Assembly: GCA_964291675.2 (NCBI GenBank)
Contig: OZ219866.1
Coordinates: 736,001 to 800,000, forward strand
Source of the DNA: Alphaproteobacteria bacterium
GTDB taxonomy: Bacteria > Pseudomonadota > Alphaproteobacteria > MPNO01
Length of the DNA: 64,000 nt
Direction of reading: 5' to 3'
The stretch's first letter is position 1; each line of letters starts with the position of its first letter. The translations under genes were made by a program, and so were the position numbers. The notes beneath the pieces are model-generated. The model did no database searches, had not been told where the DNA came from, and worked only from the letters and a program-made list of their open reading frames with translations. Below, in pieces: positions 32,418 to 40,731 of this stretch.

Positions 32418-32446
32418 TTGGCCGGGAGGGGGCGAGCGGCGATAAT
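32418..32446 (+). promoter_or_regulatory. Sigma70 promoter of the selenoprotein operon
   Basis: TTGGCC-N17-GATAAT; GAGGA SD before ATG 32473. Confidence 0.5.
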
Positions 32447-32472
32447 CCGGGCGCCCACACGAGGATCGCGCC

Positions 32473-33117
32473 ATGCCCAATATCCGCATGCTCGACATCG
32501 ACGAGCTCAAGGCGGGCAAGCTCCGCCCGCTGGTCAACAAGGCGCTGCGCCACCGCGCGCCCGACCCCGCCTTCCACGCCATGCTGGGCCACAGCCCGGA
32601 CGTCGCGCGCACGATGTATCTCGCCTGGGGCGCGGTGTTCAACACCGGGCGGATCGACCACAAGCTCAAGGAAATCATCCGCGTCCAGCTCTCGCGGATG
32701 GCCGCGTGCCGCTATTGAGGCAATGTCAGGTCTGCTTCGGCGAAGCAGCAGGGACTGACGGAAGAGACCATCGACGAGGGCATCGAATCCCATGCGTCAA
32801 GCGACCGCTTCACCCCGGCCGAGAAGGTCGCGCTGCGCTACTCCGAGCTGATGGGGAGCGCGCCGGACAGGGTCGATGCCGCCCTCTACGCGGCGCTCGC
32901 GGAGCACTATTCGGTCGAGGAGATCGTCGAGCTCGGCGCCTTCGTCGGCTTCAACGTCGGCTACCACACCTTCTTCGGGACGCTCGACTTCTACCCGATG
33001 TTCACCCCCGACGGTCGGCTTGTCGACCAGGCGGAGTCGCGGCGGATCTACGGCGAGACCCCGGTCTCGCTCAACCGGGGAGCGCTCGCGCGCGCCACCG
33101 GGGAAGCCGCCGAATGA
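32473..33117 (+). CDS. AhpD/carboxymuconolactone-decarboxylase-like selenoprotein, CxxU (Sec at TGA 32716-32718), 214 aa
   Basis: ORFs 32473..32718 and 32851..33117 are in one frame joined through a single TGA: ..KEIIRVQLSRMAAC-R-Y-(TGA)-GNVRSASAKQQGLTEE..; aligns without gaps to the downstream paralog across the TGA; SECIS-like hairpin follows. Confidence 0.88.
32716..32760 (+). promoter_or_regulatory. Bacterial SECIS-like stem-loop
   Basis: Inner stem CTGCTTC(32732-38)/GAAGCAG(32742-48) with G-initial loop GGC; outer stem GTCAG(32725-29)/CTGAC(32755-59); apical loop starts 21 nt after UGA. Confidence 0.75.
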
Positions 33118-33662
33118 GCCTCCGCGGCACGCTCCCGCCGGTGCCTCGCGCGGCGATCGACGACCCGAAGCTCCAGGCGCTGATCGCGCGCTCGGAAGAG
33201 ACCGGCATCGCGGACTCGCGGTTCGTCCGGCTGCTCGCGCATGTGCCGGGCTATGCCGAGGCGCTGCACGACGCGCTCGACCGCTCGCTGATGGAAGGCG
33301 CGGTCGATCACAAGCTCAAGGAGATCGTCCGCGTCCAGCTCGCCCGGCTCGCCGGCGATCCCTACTTTTCCGCCTTCCGCTCGAAGCGGGCGCTGGAGGA
33401 CGGGCTAACCGAGGAGCGGATCGAGGCGGGGAGCGGCGATTTCGAGACTGACGCGCGCTTCACCCCCGCCGAAAAATGGGCGCTCCGCTACGGCTGGCTG
33501 ATGTACCGGGAGCCCGGGAAGGTCGACAAGGCGTTCTACGACGAGGGCAAAGCGCACTACTCCGAAGCCCAGATCGTCGAGCTCGGCGCCTTCATCGCCT
33601 TCCACTACGGCATGCAGATCTTTCTCGGCACCCTGGACCTGCCCGAAGAAGAAGGTGGCTGA
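33114..33662 (+). CDS. AhpD/CMD-like paralog lacking redox Cys/Sec
   Basis: DHKLKEIVRVQLARLAGDPYF..GLTEERIE..RFTPAEKWALRY..HYSEAQIVELGAF mirrors the upstream gene; CRYU replaced by DPYF; ATGA overlap. Confidence 0.85.
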   Translation: MSLRGTLPPVPRAAIDDPKLQALIARSEETGIADSRFVRLLAHVPGYAEALHDALDRSLMEGAVDHKLKEIVRVQLARLAGDPYFSAFRSKRALEDGLTEERIEAGSGDFETDARFTPAEKWALRYGWLMYREPGKVDKAFYDEGKAHYSEAQIVELGAFIAFHYGMQIFLGTLDLPEEEGG

Positions 33663-35964
33663 GACGCGGGTCGAGGATCCGCCGCTGCTGCGCGGGCGGG
33701 CCCGCTTCGTCGACGACATCCATCTGCCCAAAACCCTGCACGCGGCGTTCCTGCGCAGCCCGCTTGCGCATGCCGGGATTGCGGGCATCGACAAGAGCGC
33801 GGCCGAGGCGGCGCCTTGCGTGCACGCGGTGTGGACGCTCGACGATCTCCGCCCCCATCTCGCCGCCCACCGCCTCGTCGTCGGCCTGCCGAGCCCGTCC
33901 TACCGCCAGCACCGCGACCGGCCGCTGCTCGCCGACGGCGAGGTCGTCCATGTCGGCGAGGCGGTGGCGATGGTCGTTTCCGCCTCGCGCTACGCGGCCG
34001 AGGACGCGGCGACGCTGGTCGATGTCGCCTACGAGCCGCTCCCCGCCGTCGCCGACTGCCGCGACGCGCTGGCGCCGGAGGCGCCGCCCGTCCATCGCGG
34101 CGCCGACCACAACCTGCTCGCCGAGCTCGCCATGGAATTCGGCGACGTCGAGGCGGCGTTTGTCCGCGCGCACCGCATCTTCGCCCTGAATCTCTCCGTC
34201 CATCGCGGCGGCGGCCACTCGATCGAGGGGCGCGGCGCGCTCGCCCGCCACGACCCGGTCGACGACCTTCTGACGCTGTGGAGCTCGACCCAGACGCCGC
34301 ATGCCGGGCGCGACGCGATCGCCCGCATGCTGGGCCGCGGGACCCGCCGCGTCCGCGTCGTCACCCCGGCGGTCGGCGGCGGGTTCGGCCCCAAGCTCGT
34401 GACCTACCCGGAAGAGGTCGCCGTCGCGCTCGCATCCGTGCTGCTCGACCGGCCGGTCAAGTGGATCGAGGACCGGCGCGAGCACTTCGTCGCCAGCACC
34501 CAGGAGCGCGACCAGCACTGGGACATCGAGGCCGCGTTCGACACCGGGGGCCGCATCCTCGGGGTCCGCGGGACCATGCTGCACGATCACGGCGCCTATA
34601 CCGCGCGCGGCGCCAATCTGCCCTACGAGTCGGCGCTTACCGTGACGCTGCCCTACGACGTGCCGGCCTACCGGCTCACGGCCCGGGCGGCGCTCACCAA
34701 CAAGGTGCCGGTCACCCCGGTCCGGGGCGCCGGTCACCCGCAGGCGGTGTTCGCCATGGAACGCCTGCTGGATGCGGCGGCGGACGGGCTCGGCATCGGC
34801 CGCGCGGCGATCCGCGAACGCAACCTGATCGGCCCCGAACGCATGCCCTGCACCCGCCCGCTGGAGACCCGGGGCGGGCGCAAGGTGGTGCTCGACTCGG
34901 GCGACTATCCGGGCTGCATGAAGGCGGCGCTCGATGCCGCGGACTGGGACGGTTTTGCCGCCCGGCGCAAGGCGGCGAAGATGCTCGGGCTCGCGCGCGG
35001 CATCGGGCTTGCCAATTTCGTCAAGGGAACCGGGCGCGGGCCGTTCGAATCGGCCGCCGTCGCCATCGACCCGGCGGGCACGGTGTCGGTCGCTTCCGGC
35101 GCCGCCGCGATGGGCCAGGGGATCGAGACCATGCTCGCCGGCATCGTCGCCGAGACGCTCGGCTGCGACCGCGATCTGGTCAGGGTCACGGCGGGGGATA
35201 CAGGCGCGATCGCGCTCGGCATTGGCGGGTTCAACAGCCGCCAGGCGGTGACCGCGGGGAGCTCGGCCTTCAACGCAGCGCGCCGGGTACGCGACAAGGC
35301 GCTCGCCGTCGCCGCGCATCTCCTGGAGGCGGCGCAGGAGGATCTCGAAATGGCGGGCGGCGAGGTCCGGGTGCGTGGCGCGCCCGATCTCAGCGTCCCA
35401 CTCGGCCGGCTCGCCGAGACCGTGGGGGGCACGCCGGGGGTGACGCTGCCGGCGGGGATCGCGCCCGGGCTCGCGGCGGACGAATACACCGTGCTCGACG
35501 ACATGCCGTTCGCCAATGGCAGCGCGGTCGCGGAGGTGCAGATCGATCGCGAGACCGGGCACGCCGCCATCCATCGGCTCACGGTCGCGCACGATTGCGG
35601 GCGCATCGTGAACCGGGCGATCGTCGAAGGCCAGATCGTGGGCGGCGCGGCGCACGCCGTCGGCAACGCGCTCTATGAGTGGATGGGGTTCGACGACGAC
35701 GCCCAGCCGCTCACCGTGACGCTCGCCGACTACCTGCTGCCGGGTTCGACCGACGTGCCGAGGGTCGCTACGGTGCACATGGAATCGCCGAGCCCGCTCA
35801 ACCCGATCGGGGTCAAGGGGGTCGGCGAATGCGGCACCGTCCCCACCGCCGCCGCCATCGCCGCCGCGATCGAGGATGCGCTCGGCCTGCCCGGCGGCAC
35901 CGTGCAGCGCGTGCCGCTCGCCCCCGCCGACATCGGGAGGCTTGCCCGTGACCATACGCTTTGA
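33655..35964 (+). CDS. Xanthine dehydrogenase/CoxL-family molybdopterin-binding subunit
   Basis: RVEDPPLLRGRARFVDD, VGGGFGPK, PVRGAGHPQ, MGQG, GQIVGG and KGVGE; lacks the form I CODH AYxCSFR motif. Confidence 0.93.
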   Translation: MAETRVEDPPLLRGRARFVDDIHLPKTLHAAFLRSPLAHAGIAGIDKSAAEAAPCVHAVWTLDDLRPHLAAHRLVVGLPSPSYRQHRDRPLLADGEVVHVGEAVAMVVSASRYAAEDAATLVDVAYEPLPAVADCRDALAPEAPPVHRGADHNLLAELAMEFGDVEAAFVRAHRIFALNLSVHRGGGHSIEGRGALARHDPVDDLLTLWSSTQTPHAGRDAIARMLGRGTRRVRVVTPAVGGGFGPKLVTYPEEVAVALASVLLDRPVKWIEDRREHFVASTQERDQHWDIEAAFDTGGRILGVRGTMLHDHGAYTARGANLPYESALTVTLPYDVPAYRLTARAALTNKVPVTPVRGAGHPQAVFAMERLLDAAADGLGIGRAAIRERNLIGPERMPCTRPLETRGGRKVVLDSGDYPGCMKAALDAADWDGFAARRKAAKMLGLARGIGLANFVKGTGRGPFESAAVAIDPAGTVSVASGAAAMGQGIETMLAGIVAETLGCDRDLVRVTAGDTGAIALGIGGFNSRQAVTAGSSAFNAARRVRDKALAVAAHLLEAAQEDLEMAGGEVRVRGAPDLSVPLGRLAETVGGTPGVTLPAGIAPGLAADEYTVLDDMPFANGSAVAEVQIDRETGHAAIHRLTVAHDCGRIVNRAIVEGQIVGGAAHAVGNALYEWMGFDDDAQPLTVTLADYLLPGSTDVPRVATVHMESPSPLNPIGVKGVGECGTVPTAAAIAAAIEDALGLPGGTVQRVPLAPADIGRLARDHTL

Positions 35965-36835
35965 GGAGATCGGCGAGCGGCTGCGCGCCTTCCGGCTCGG
36001 CTCGGGGCTGAGCGCCGACGAGATCGCCGCCCGCATCGGCATCTCGCGCACCGCGCTCTACCGCTTCGAGAAAGGCCGGGTGGCGAAGATCGACGCGCTG
36101 GAAAAGCTCGCCGAGCTGCTCGACGTGTCGCTCCCGACCCTGCTCGGCGTCGGCGTCGAATATGTCGGCTCGGCGGTCAGCTTCTTCGAGCGGCTGCGCC
36201 AGATCGAGGCGACGGCGGAACACATCGTCGTGCTGGCGGGCCCGGTCTCCTTCCTGCTGTCGAGCGACGACTTCGTCGACACGCTGGAAGACGTGCTCGG
36301 CGAGAGCATCCCGGATGGCGGCGACGGGCGCGCCCGCGGCCTCGACCAGCTGGGCGAGCTGATGTCCATCCTGCGCCGGCGCAAGGAGACCTATCGCGAG
36401 CGCCGCCCGGGCGTGCTCAACCTGATCTCCGAGGCGGAGATGGGGCGGTTCCTGAGGAATGGCCTGGTCGGCCGCCTCGACCTGCCATCCGCCGTTCGCG
36501 ACGAGCGGCTTGCGCTCGCGCGCCGCGAGGCGCTGCATCTGGTGCGGCTGATGGAGGACGAGCCGATCGGCGTCCAGATCGGCCTCGTCCCCTCGACCCT
36601 GCCGCCGACCAGCTTCCAGATCTTCCGCCAGCCCGGCCGCAGGGTGCTGACGCTGAGCCCGTTCCGCCTCGGCGAGCAGCCCAACATCCACGCCGGGGTG
36701 GCGATGATCACCTCGGCACCCGAGGCGCTGGCGCTGCACGAGAAGACGGCGGAAGATTTGTGGCGCCGTGCCCGCAAGGGCCCGCGGGCGGCCGCCGCCA
36801 TGCGCGACCTGATCTCCCGCCACGCCCCGGGCTGA
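35948..36835 (+). CDS. XRE-family transcriptional regulator with long C-terminal domain
   Basis: IGERLRAFRLGSGLSADEIAARIGISRTALYRFEKG HTH; GTG start after GGGAGG overlapping the end of the Mo-subunit gene. Confidence 0.85.
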   Translation: MTIRFEEIGERLRAFRLGSGLSADEIAARIGISRTALYRFEKGRVAKIDALEKLAELLDVSLPTLLGVGVEYVGSAVSFFERLRQIEATAEHIVVLAGPVSFLLSSDDFVDTLEDVLGESIPDGGDGRARGLDQLGELMSILRRRKETYRERRPGVLNLISEAEMGRFLRNGLVGRLDLPSAVRDERLALARREALHLVRLMEDEPIGVQIGLVPSTLPPTSFQIFRQPGRRVLTLSPFRLGEQPNIHAGVAMITSAPEALALHEKTAEDLWRRARKGPRAAAAMRDLISRHAPG

Positions 36836-36851
36836 GGCGGGGCGCGAGTCT

Positions 36852-38162
36852 TCAAAAGCTGTAGACGAGGCTCCCGCCGATAAAGCTGTCGCGCCGCGTG
36901 TCGTGGATGGGGTCGTCGGGGTCGACGGCAAGAAAGACGGTGCCGTCGACCTTGGCGTCCCAGCTGTCCGAGAGGTTGCGCTTGACCTCGAATCCGAGCG
37001 CGTAGGTCTGGTAATCGGCATCGGCGATCAGGCTGGCCACGAGCTGGGTGCCCTCGACGTCGTTGAGGGCGAGGCGGCCGGCGACGAAGATCTCGTTCTG
37101 GAACTGGTCGGGCGAACGGCGCCCGCGCTCGTCGTAGCTCCACTCGGCGAGCACGCTGATATCGGCGTTCGACTCGAATACCCCGCCGAAGGTGTATTCG
37201 AAGCCGGCAACGAAGGCCCGGTAGTCGCGTCCTTTGCCCAACAGGTCGGCCGGAGGATCGGGCAGGGCCGGTGCGCCCTCGCGGTGGATGGCCTCCAGCT
37301 TCAACAGCCACGACTCCAGGGTGAGCTGGGCGTCGAGCCCGAACTGGCGGATCTGCGCGTAGTGCGGCACCAGGCGGTGCGGCACCGGGACGAAGCCGCC
37401 CATCCCGTCCGGCGCGATCCGGAAGGACGGGCGCAGCGACGGTTCGCGGGCGGTGCCGTCGAACAGGCTGAGCCCGAGATCGAGCGGCCCGAAGCTCCGG
37501 CTGAAGCGCGCGGCGAGGTCGACATGCCATTCCTCGGCCGCGCTCTCATAGGTCACCCGGCGCTCGTCCACCGTGAGTCCGCCGCGCAGCCGCCCGCCGG
37601 GCCCGGGCAGGGTGCGCTCGCGGTGCAGCGGCAGCACGAAGAACTCCAGCGTCCCCCACCCCGCCGTCCAGGTCAGATGGGCCATGAGCTGGCCCAGCGC
37701 GATCTCCTCGTTGGGGTGCTCGACCAGGTCGGCCTGGTTGACGATGTTGACCAGATGGTGGAATTCGGTCACCCCCCAGAACACCCGGTCGAAGCCGAGC
37801 CGTGCCTCCCACTCGCCCTCGCCGAGCTCGCCGAAGGCCAGCAGATAGGCCTCGCGCAAATCGGCGTGGGTGCGGTAGGCATCGGCGCTGTCGTAGCGGT
37901 AGAACGGCGTCAGGATGAAGCTCGCCCCGCTCTCGTGGTCGAGATGGAGCGTCGACTGCGCCGTGTAGCCGAGCGTCGCGTCCCGCTGGCCGGGATGCGC
38001 GGCTTCCTCGGGGAACCAGCGCCCTTCGAGCGCAAGCCGTCCGGAGAGCGACATGGCGAGCCCACCGGTATCGGCGGCGGCGGCGGCGGCGAGGACCGCC
38101 CAGGCGACGCCGATGGCAGCGGCGGCGGCGCTGCGGCGGCGGGACCGGCGCGTCAGCGGCAT
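36852..38162 (-). CDS. Putative outer-membrane beta-barrel protein
   Basis: Signal peptide, DLREAY and alternating amphipathic strands, C-terminal LVYSF. Confidence 0.65.
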   Translation of the reverse strand: MPLTRRSRRRSAAAAAIGVAWAVLAAAAAADTGGLAMSLSGRLALEGRWFPEEAAHPGQRDATLGYTAQSTLHLDHESGASFILTPFYRYDSADAYRTHADLREAYLLAFGELGEGEWEARLGFDRVFWGVTEFHHLVNIVNQADLVEHPNEEIALGQLMAHLTWTAGWGTLEFFVLPLHRERTLPGPGGRLRGGLTVDERRVTYESAAEEWHVDLAARFSRSFGPLDLGLSLFDGTAREPSLRPSFRIAPDGMGGFVPVPHRLVPHYAQIRQFGLDAQLTLESWLLKLEAIHREGAPALPDPPADLLGKGRDYRAFVAGFEYTFGGVFESNADISVLAEWSYDERGRRSPDQFQNEIFVAGRLALNDVEGTQLVASLIADADYQTYALGFEVKRNLSDSWDAKVDGTVFLAVDPDDPIHDTRRDSFIGGSLVYSF

Positions 38163-38322
38163 GAACTGCCCAACGGTTCAGGAGTTCCGTGCATCTGCAA
38201 CGGCGGAATCATACCCGCCTTCGCCTTTCTTGGCACTCGGGTTCGGCCTTGCGCGGATTTGCGGATGCCGGAGGGTCCGCTGCTGCTCGGGCTGTCCGGC
38301 ATCCGCCGGCGTGACGGCCCGG

Positions 38323-38814
38323 CTAGTCCGAGCGGGGGATTCTCGTCCATGCGCCGCCGCTCCAATACAGCAGAAAAGAGGATTTCCGGTAATCCGTGAA
38401 CTCGATGGTTTCGCGGTTCAGCCCGATCTCCTTCGGTTTCCCCGCGTCGCAATCCGGACCTTCCCCCGTGGCGCACGACGTGGGACGGGTGCCGCGGGGA
38501 ATCGTCCTGATCCCGTAATTGGCGAGCGCCCCGATCCCGCCCAGCTCGAAGATGGTGGACAGCCGGGTTCCGCCGTCGACGCAGGCCACCAGTGCCAGGG
38601 CGCCCGTTCTTTCCAGGAAGAACGCCTTGTCGAGGTTGCCGTCGCCATCGAAATCGCCGACCGCAATCAGGCCTCCGGACCCCGGGACGGCGCCGGGCGC
38701 ACGCTCCTTCACGCGATGGGCGGCGACCCCGTCGCACGCCCGCAGGTCCGGCGGTCCCGCGACCCAGACACCGAGTGCGAGCGACAACGCGAGCGCGGCT
38801 CTGCTGACTCTCAT
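38323..38814 (-). CDS. Hypothetical secreted protein with FG-GAP-like motif
   Basis: N-terminal hydrophobic signal; VGDFDGDGNLDKA Ca-binding-like loop. Confidence 0.6.
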   Translation of the reverse strand: MRVSRAALALSLALGVWVAGPPDLRACDGVAAHRVKERAPGAVPGSGGLIAVGDFDGDGNLDKAFFLERTGALALVACVDGGTRLSTIFELGGIGALANYGIRTIPRGTRPTSCATGEGPDCDAGKPKEIGLNRETIEFTDYRKSSFLLYWSGGAWTRIPRSD

Positions 38815-38988
38815 GGCGGATGCGTTCCCCGGTTCGCGGCTTCCCGGCGGCCGGCGCCGACAGGCAAGGCCCGCCCGCTCTGAGTGGTTATACTACTTCA
38901 GGCAGAAGCGCTACCGGCTCTCCGTGTTGCGGCGCGGCGGGACCCGTCCTATTGCCATGCCAACGGGGTAAGGGTATCGGGTGCCGCA

Positions 38989-39930
38989 ATGATACTGGTG
39001 ACCGGAGGGGCCGGTTTCGTCGGCTCCAACCTGATCGCGGGGCTGGAAGCGCGCGGGCATCGCGGGATCGCCGTCTGCGACCGGCTGGGCGCGGGTGCGA
39101 GATGGCGGAACCTCGCCCGGCGCGCCGTCGGCACCGTGTTCCCGCCGGAGCGGCTGAGCGGTTTCCTCGACGAGTCCGGCGGCGGCGTCGAGGCGGTGTA
39201 CCATATCGGGCTCCACGAAGGCGGCGGGGATGTCGACCGCATGCTGGAGTCCGGCTACCACGCGGCGGCCGAGCTGTGGGCGTGGTGCGCCGCGAACGGG
39301 GTGCGCTTCTTCTGGGCCTCGACCGCGGAGACCTATGGCGACGGCAGCGCCGGGTTCGACGACGATATCGACGAGGTCGCGCTCGCCCGGCTGGTTCCGT
39401 CGACCGCGCGGGGCTGGGCCAGGCATTTGTTCGACCGCGCGGTGGCGCGCACCGTCTCCGCCGGGTCGCCGCGCCCGCCGCAATGGGCCGGGCTCAAGCT
39501 GTTCGACGTCTACGGGCCGAACGAGTACCACAAGGACGAGCCGTCCCTGCCGCTGATGCTGTGGCGCGGCACGGCCCCGCCCGGGATCGATCGCGGGACC
39601 CGGCGCGACCTGGTGTGGATCGGGGATTGCGTCGCCGTGATGCTGTGGCTGCTCGACAACAAGGAGGTCAGCGGTTTGTTCAATGTCGGGACCGGACAGG
39701 GCCGGCGCATCGGCGAGGTCGCGGCCGCCCTGGGCGCGGCTGCGCGCCGCGAGGTCGGGCTTCCGGCGGACACGACACCGGAAACGCCCCGCGTGCGGTT
39801 TCGCCATTCCACCGAAGCCCGGATGCAGCGGTTGCGCAGCGCCGGGTACGACGAAGCATTCCTGCCGATCGAGGACGGCATCGGTCGCTATGTCGGAGAG
39901 TTTCTCTCCCGCGGCGAAGCCCATCTGTAG
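38989..39930 (+). CDS. hldD: ADP-glyceromanno-heptose 6-epimerase homolog with degenerate active site
   Basis: ILVTGGAGFVGSNL, TYGDG, PPQWAGLK and YGPNEYHK; YxxxK replaced by RGWAR. Confidence 0.75.
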   Translation: MILVTGGAGFVGSNLIAGLEARGHRGIAVCDRLGAGARWRNLARRAVGTVFPPERLSGFLDESGGGVEAVYHIGLHEGGGDVDRMLESGYHAAAELWAWCAANGVRFFWASTAETYGDGSAGFDDDIDEVALARLVPSTARGWARHLFDRAVARTVSAGSPRPPQWAGLKLFDVYGPNEYHKDEPSLPLMLWRGTAPPGIDRGTRRDLVWIGDCVAVMLWLLDNKEVSGLFNVGTGQGRRIGEVAAALGAAARREVGLPADTTPETPRVRFRHSTEARMQRLRSAGYDEAFLPIEDGIGRYVGEFLSRGEAHL

Positions 39931-39936
39931 GCCGGG

Positions 39937-40731
39937 GTGACGGTGTACGCGATCGCCTTTCCCGCCATCGACCCGGTCGCCGTCGAGATCGGACCGCTGG
40001 CGGTCCGCTGGTACGCGCTCGCCTATGTGGCGGGAATCCTCCTCGGCTGGCGCTACATGATCGTCCTCGCGCGGCGATCCCCGGCCGGGGTCGCGCCGCG
40101 CGATGTCGACGACTTCGTGCTGTGGGCGACGCTCGGCATCGTGCTCGGCGGACGTCTCGGCTACGTGCTTTTCTACCGGCCCGGCGACTACCTGGCGGAC
40201 CCGCTCTCCGCCTTCGCCCTGTGGCAGGGCGGGATGTCGTTTCACGGCGGTCTGTGCGGCGTGGTGCTCGCCGCCTTCGTCTTCGCCTGGCGGCGCGGCG
40301 TTCCCTGGCTCGCGCTCGGCGATTTGGTGAGCGCGGCGGCGCCGATCGGCCTGTTCTTCGGCCGGCTCGCCAACTTCGTCAACGGCGAGCTCTACGGACG
40401 GCCGACGACGGTGCCCTGGGGCATGGTGTTCCCCGGCGCCGGGGCTGCGCCGCGCCATCCGAGCCAGCTCTACGAGGCGGCGCTCGAGGGGCTGGCGCTG
40501 TTCGCGCTCTGCGCCGGCGTCGTCTTCCTGCTGCGCGGGCTGGAGCGGGCGGGCCTGGTCGCCGGCGTGTTCCTCGCCGGCTACGCCGTCGCCCGAATGG
40601 CGGCGGAGCTGTTCCGCCAGCCCGACGCCCATCTCGGCTTCCTGATCGGCGGGGCGACGATGGGCCAGCTGCTCTCGGTCCCGGTGCTGCTCGCCGGTGT
40701 CTGGCTGGTCTGGCGGGCGCGGCCCCGATGA
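39937..40731 (+). CDS. lgt: Prolipoprotein diacylglyceryl transferase
   Basis: GGRLGYVLFY, GGMSFHGG, GRLANFVNGELYGR and RHPSQLYEA. Confidence 0.96.
   Translation: MTVYAIAFPAIDPVAVEIGPLAVRWYALAYVAGILLGWRYMIVLARRSPAGVAPRDVDDFVLWATLGIVLGGRLGYVLFYRPGDYLADPLSAFALWQGGMSFHGGLCGVVLAAFVFAWRRGVPWLALGDLVSAAAPIGLFFGRLANFVNGELYGRPTTVPWGMVFPGAGAAPRHPSQLYEAALEGLALFALCAGVVFLLRGLERAGLVAGVFLAGYAVARMAAELFRQPDAHLGFLIGGATMGQLLSVPVLLAGVWLVWRARPR

Noticed and set aside
32716-32718. TGA as a plain nonsense mutation or genetic-code reassignment
   Set aside because: It falls exactly on the second Cys of CxxC with a SECIS-like hairpin behind it; TGA is the normal stop for many other genes here. A pseudogene remains a minor alternative.
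33655-35964. Aerobic CO dehydrogenase CoxL (also 57298-59631)
   Set aside because: Neither has AYxCSFR (form I) or exact AYxGAGR (form II), and there are no coxM/coxS neighbours.
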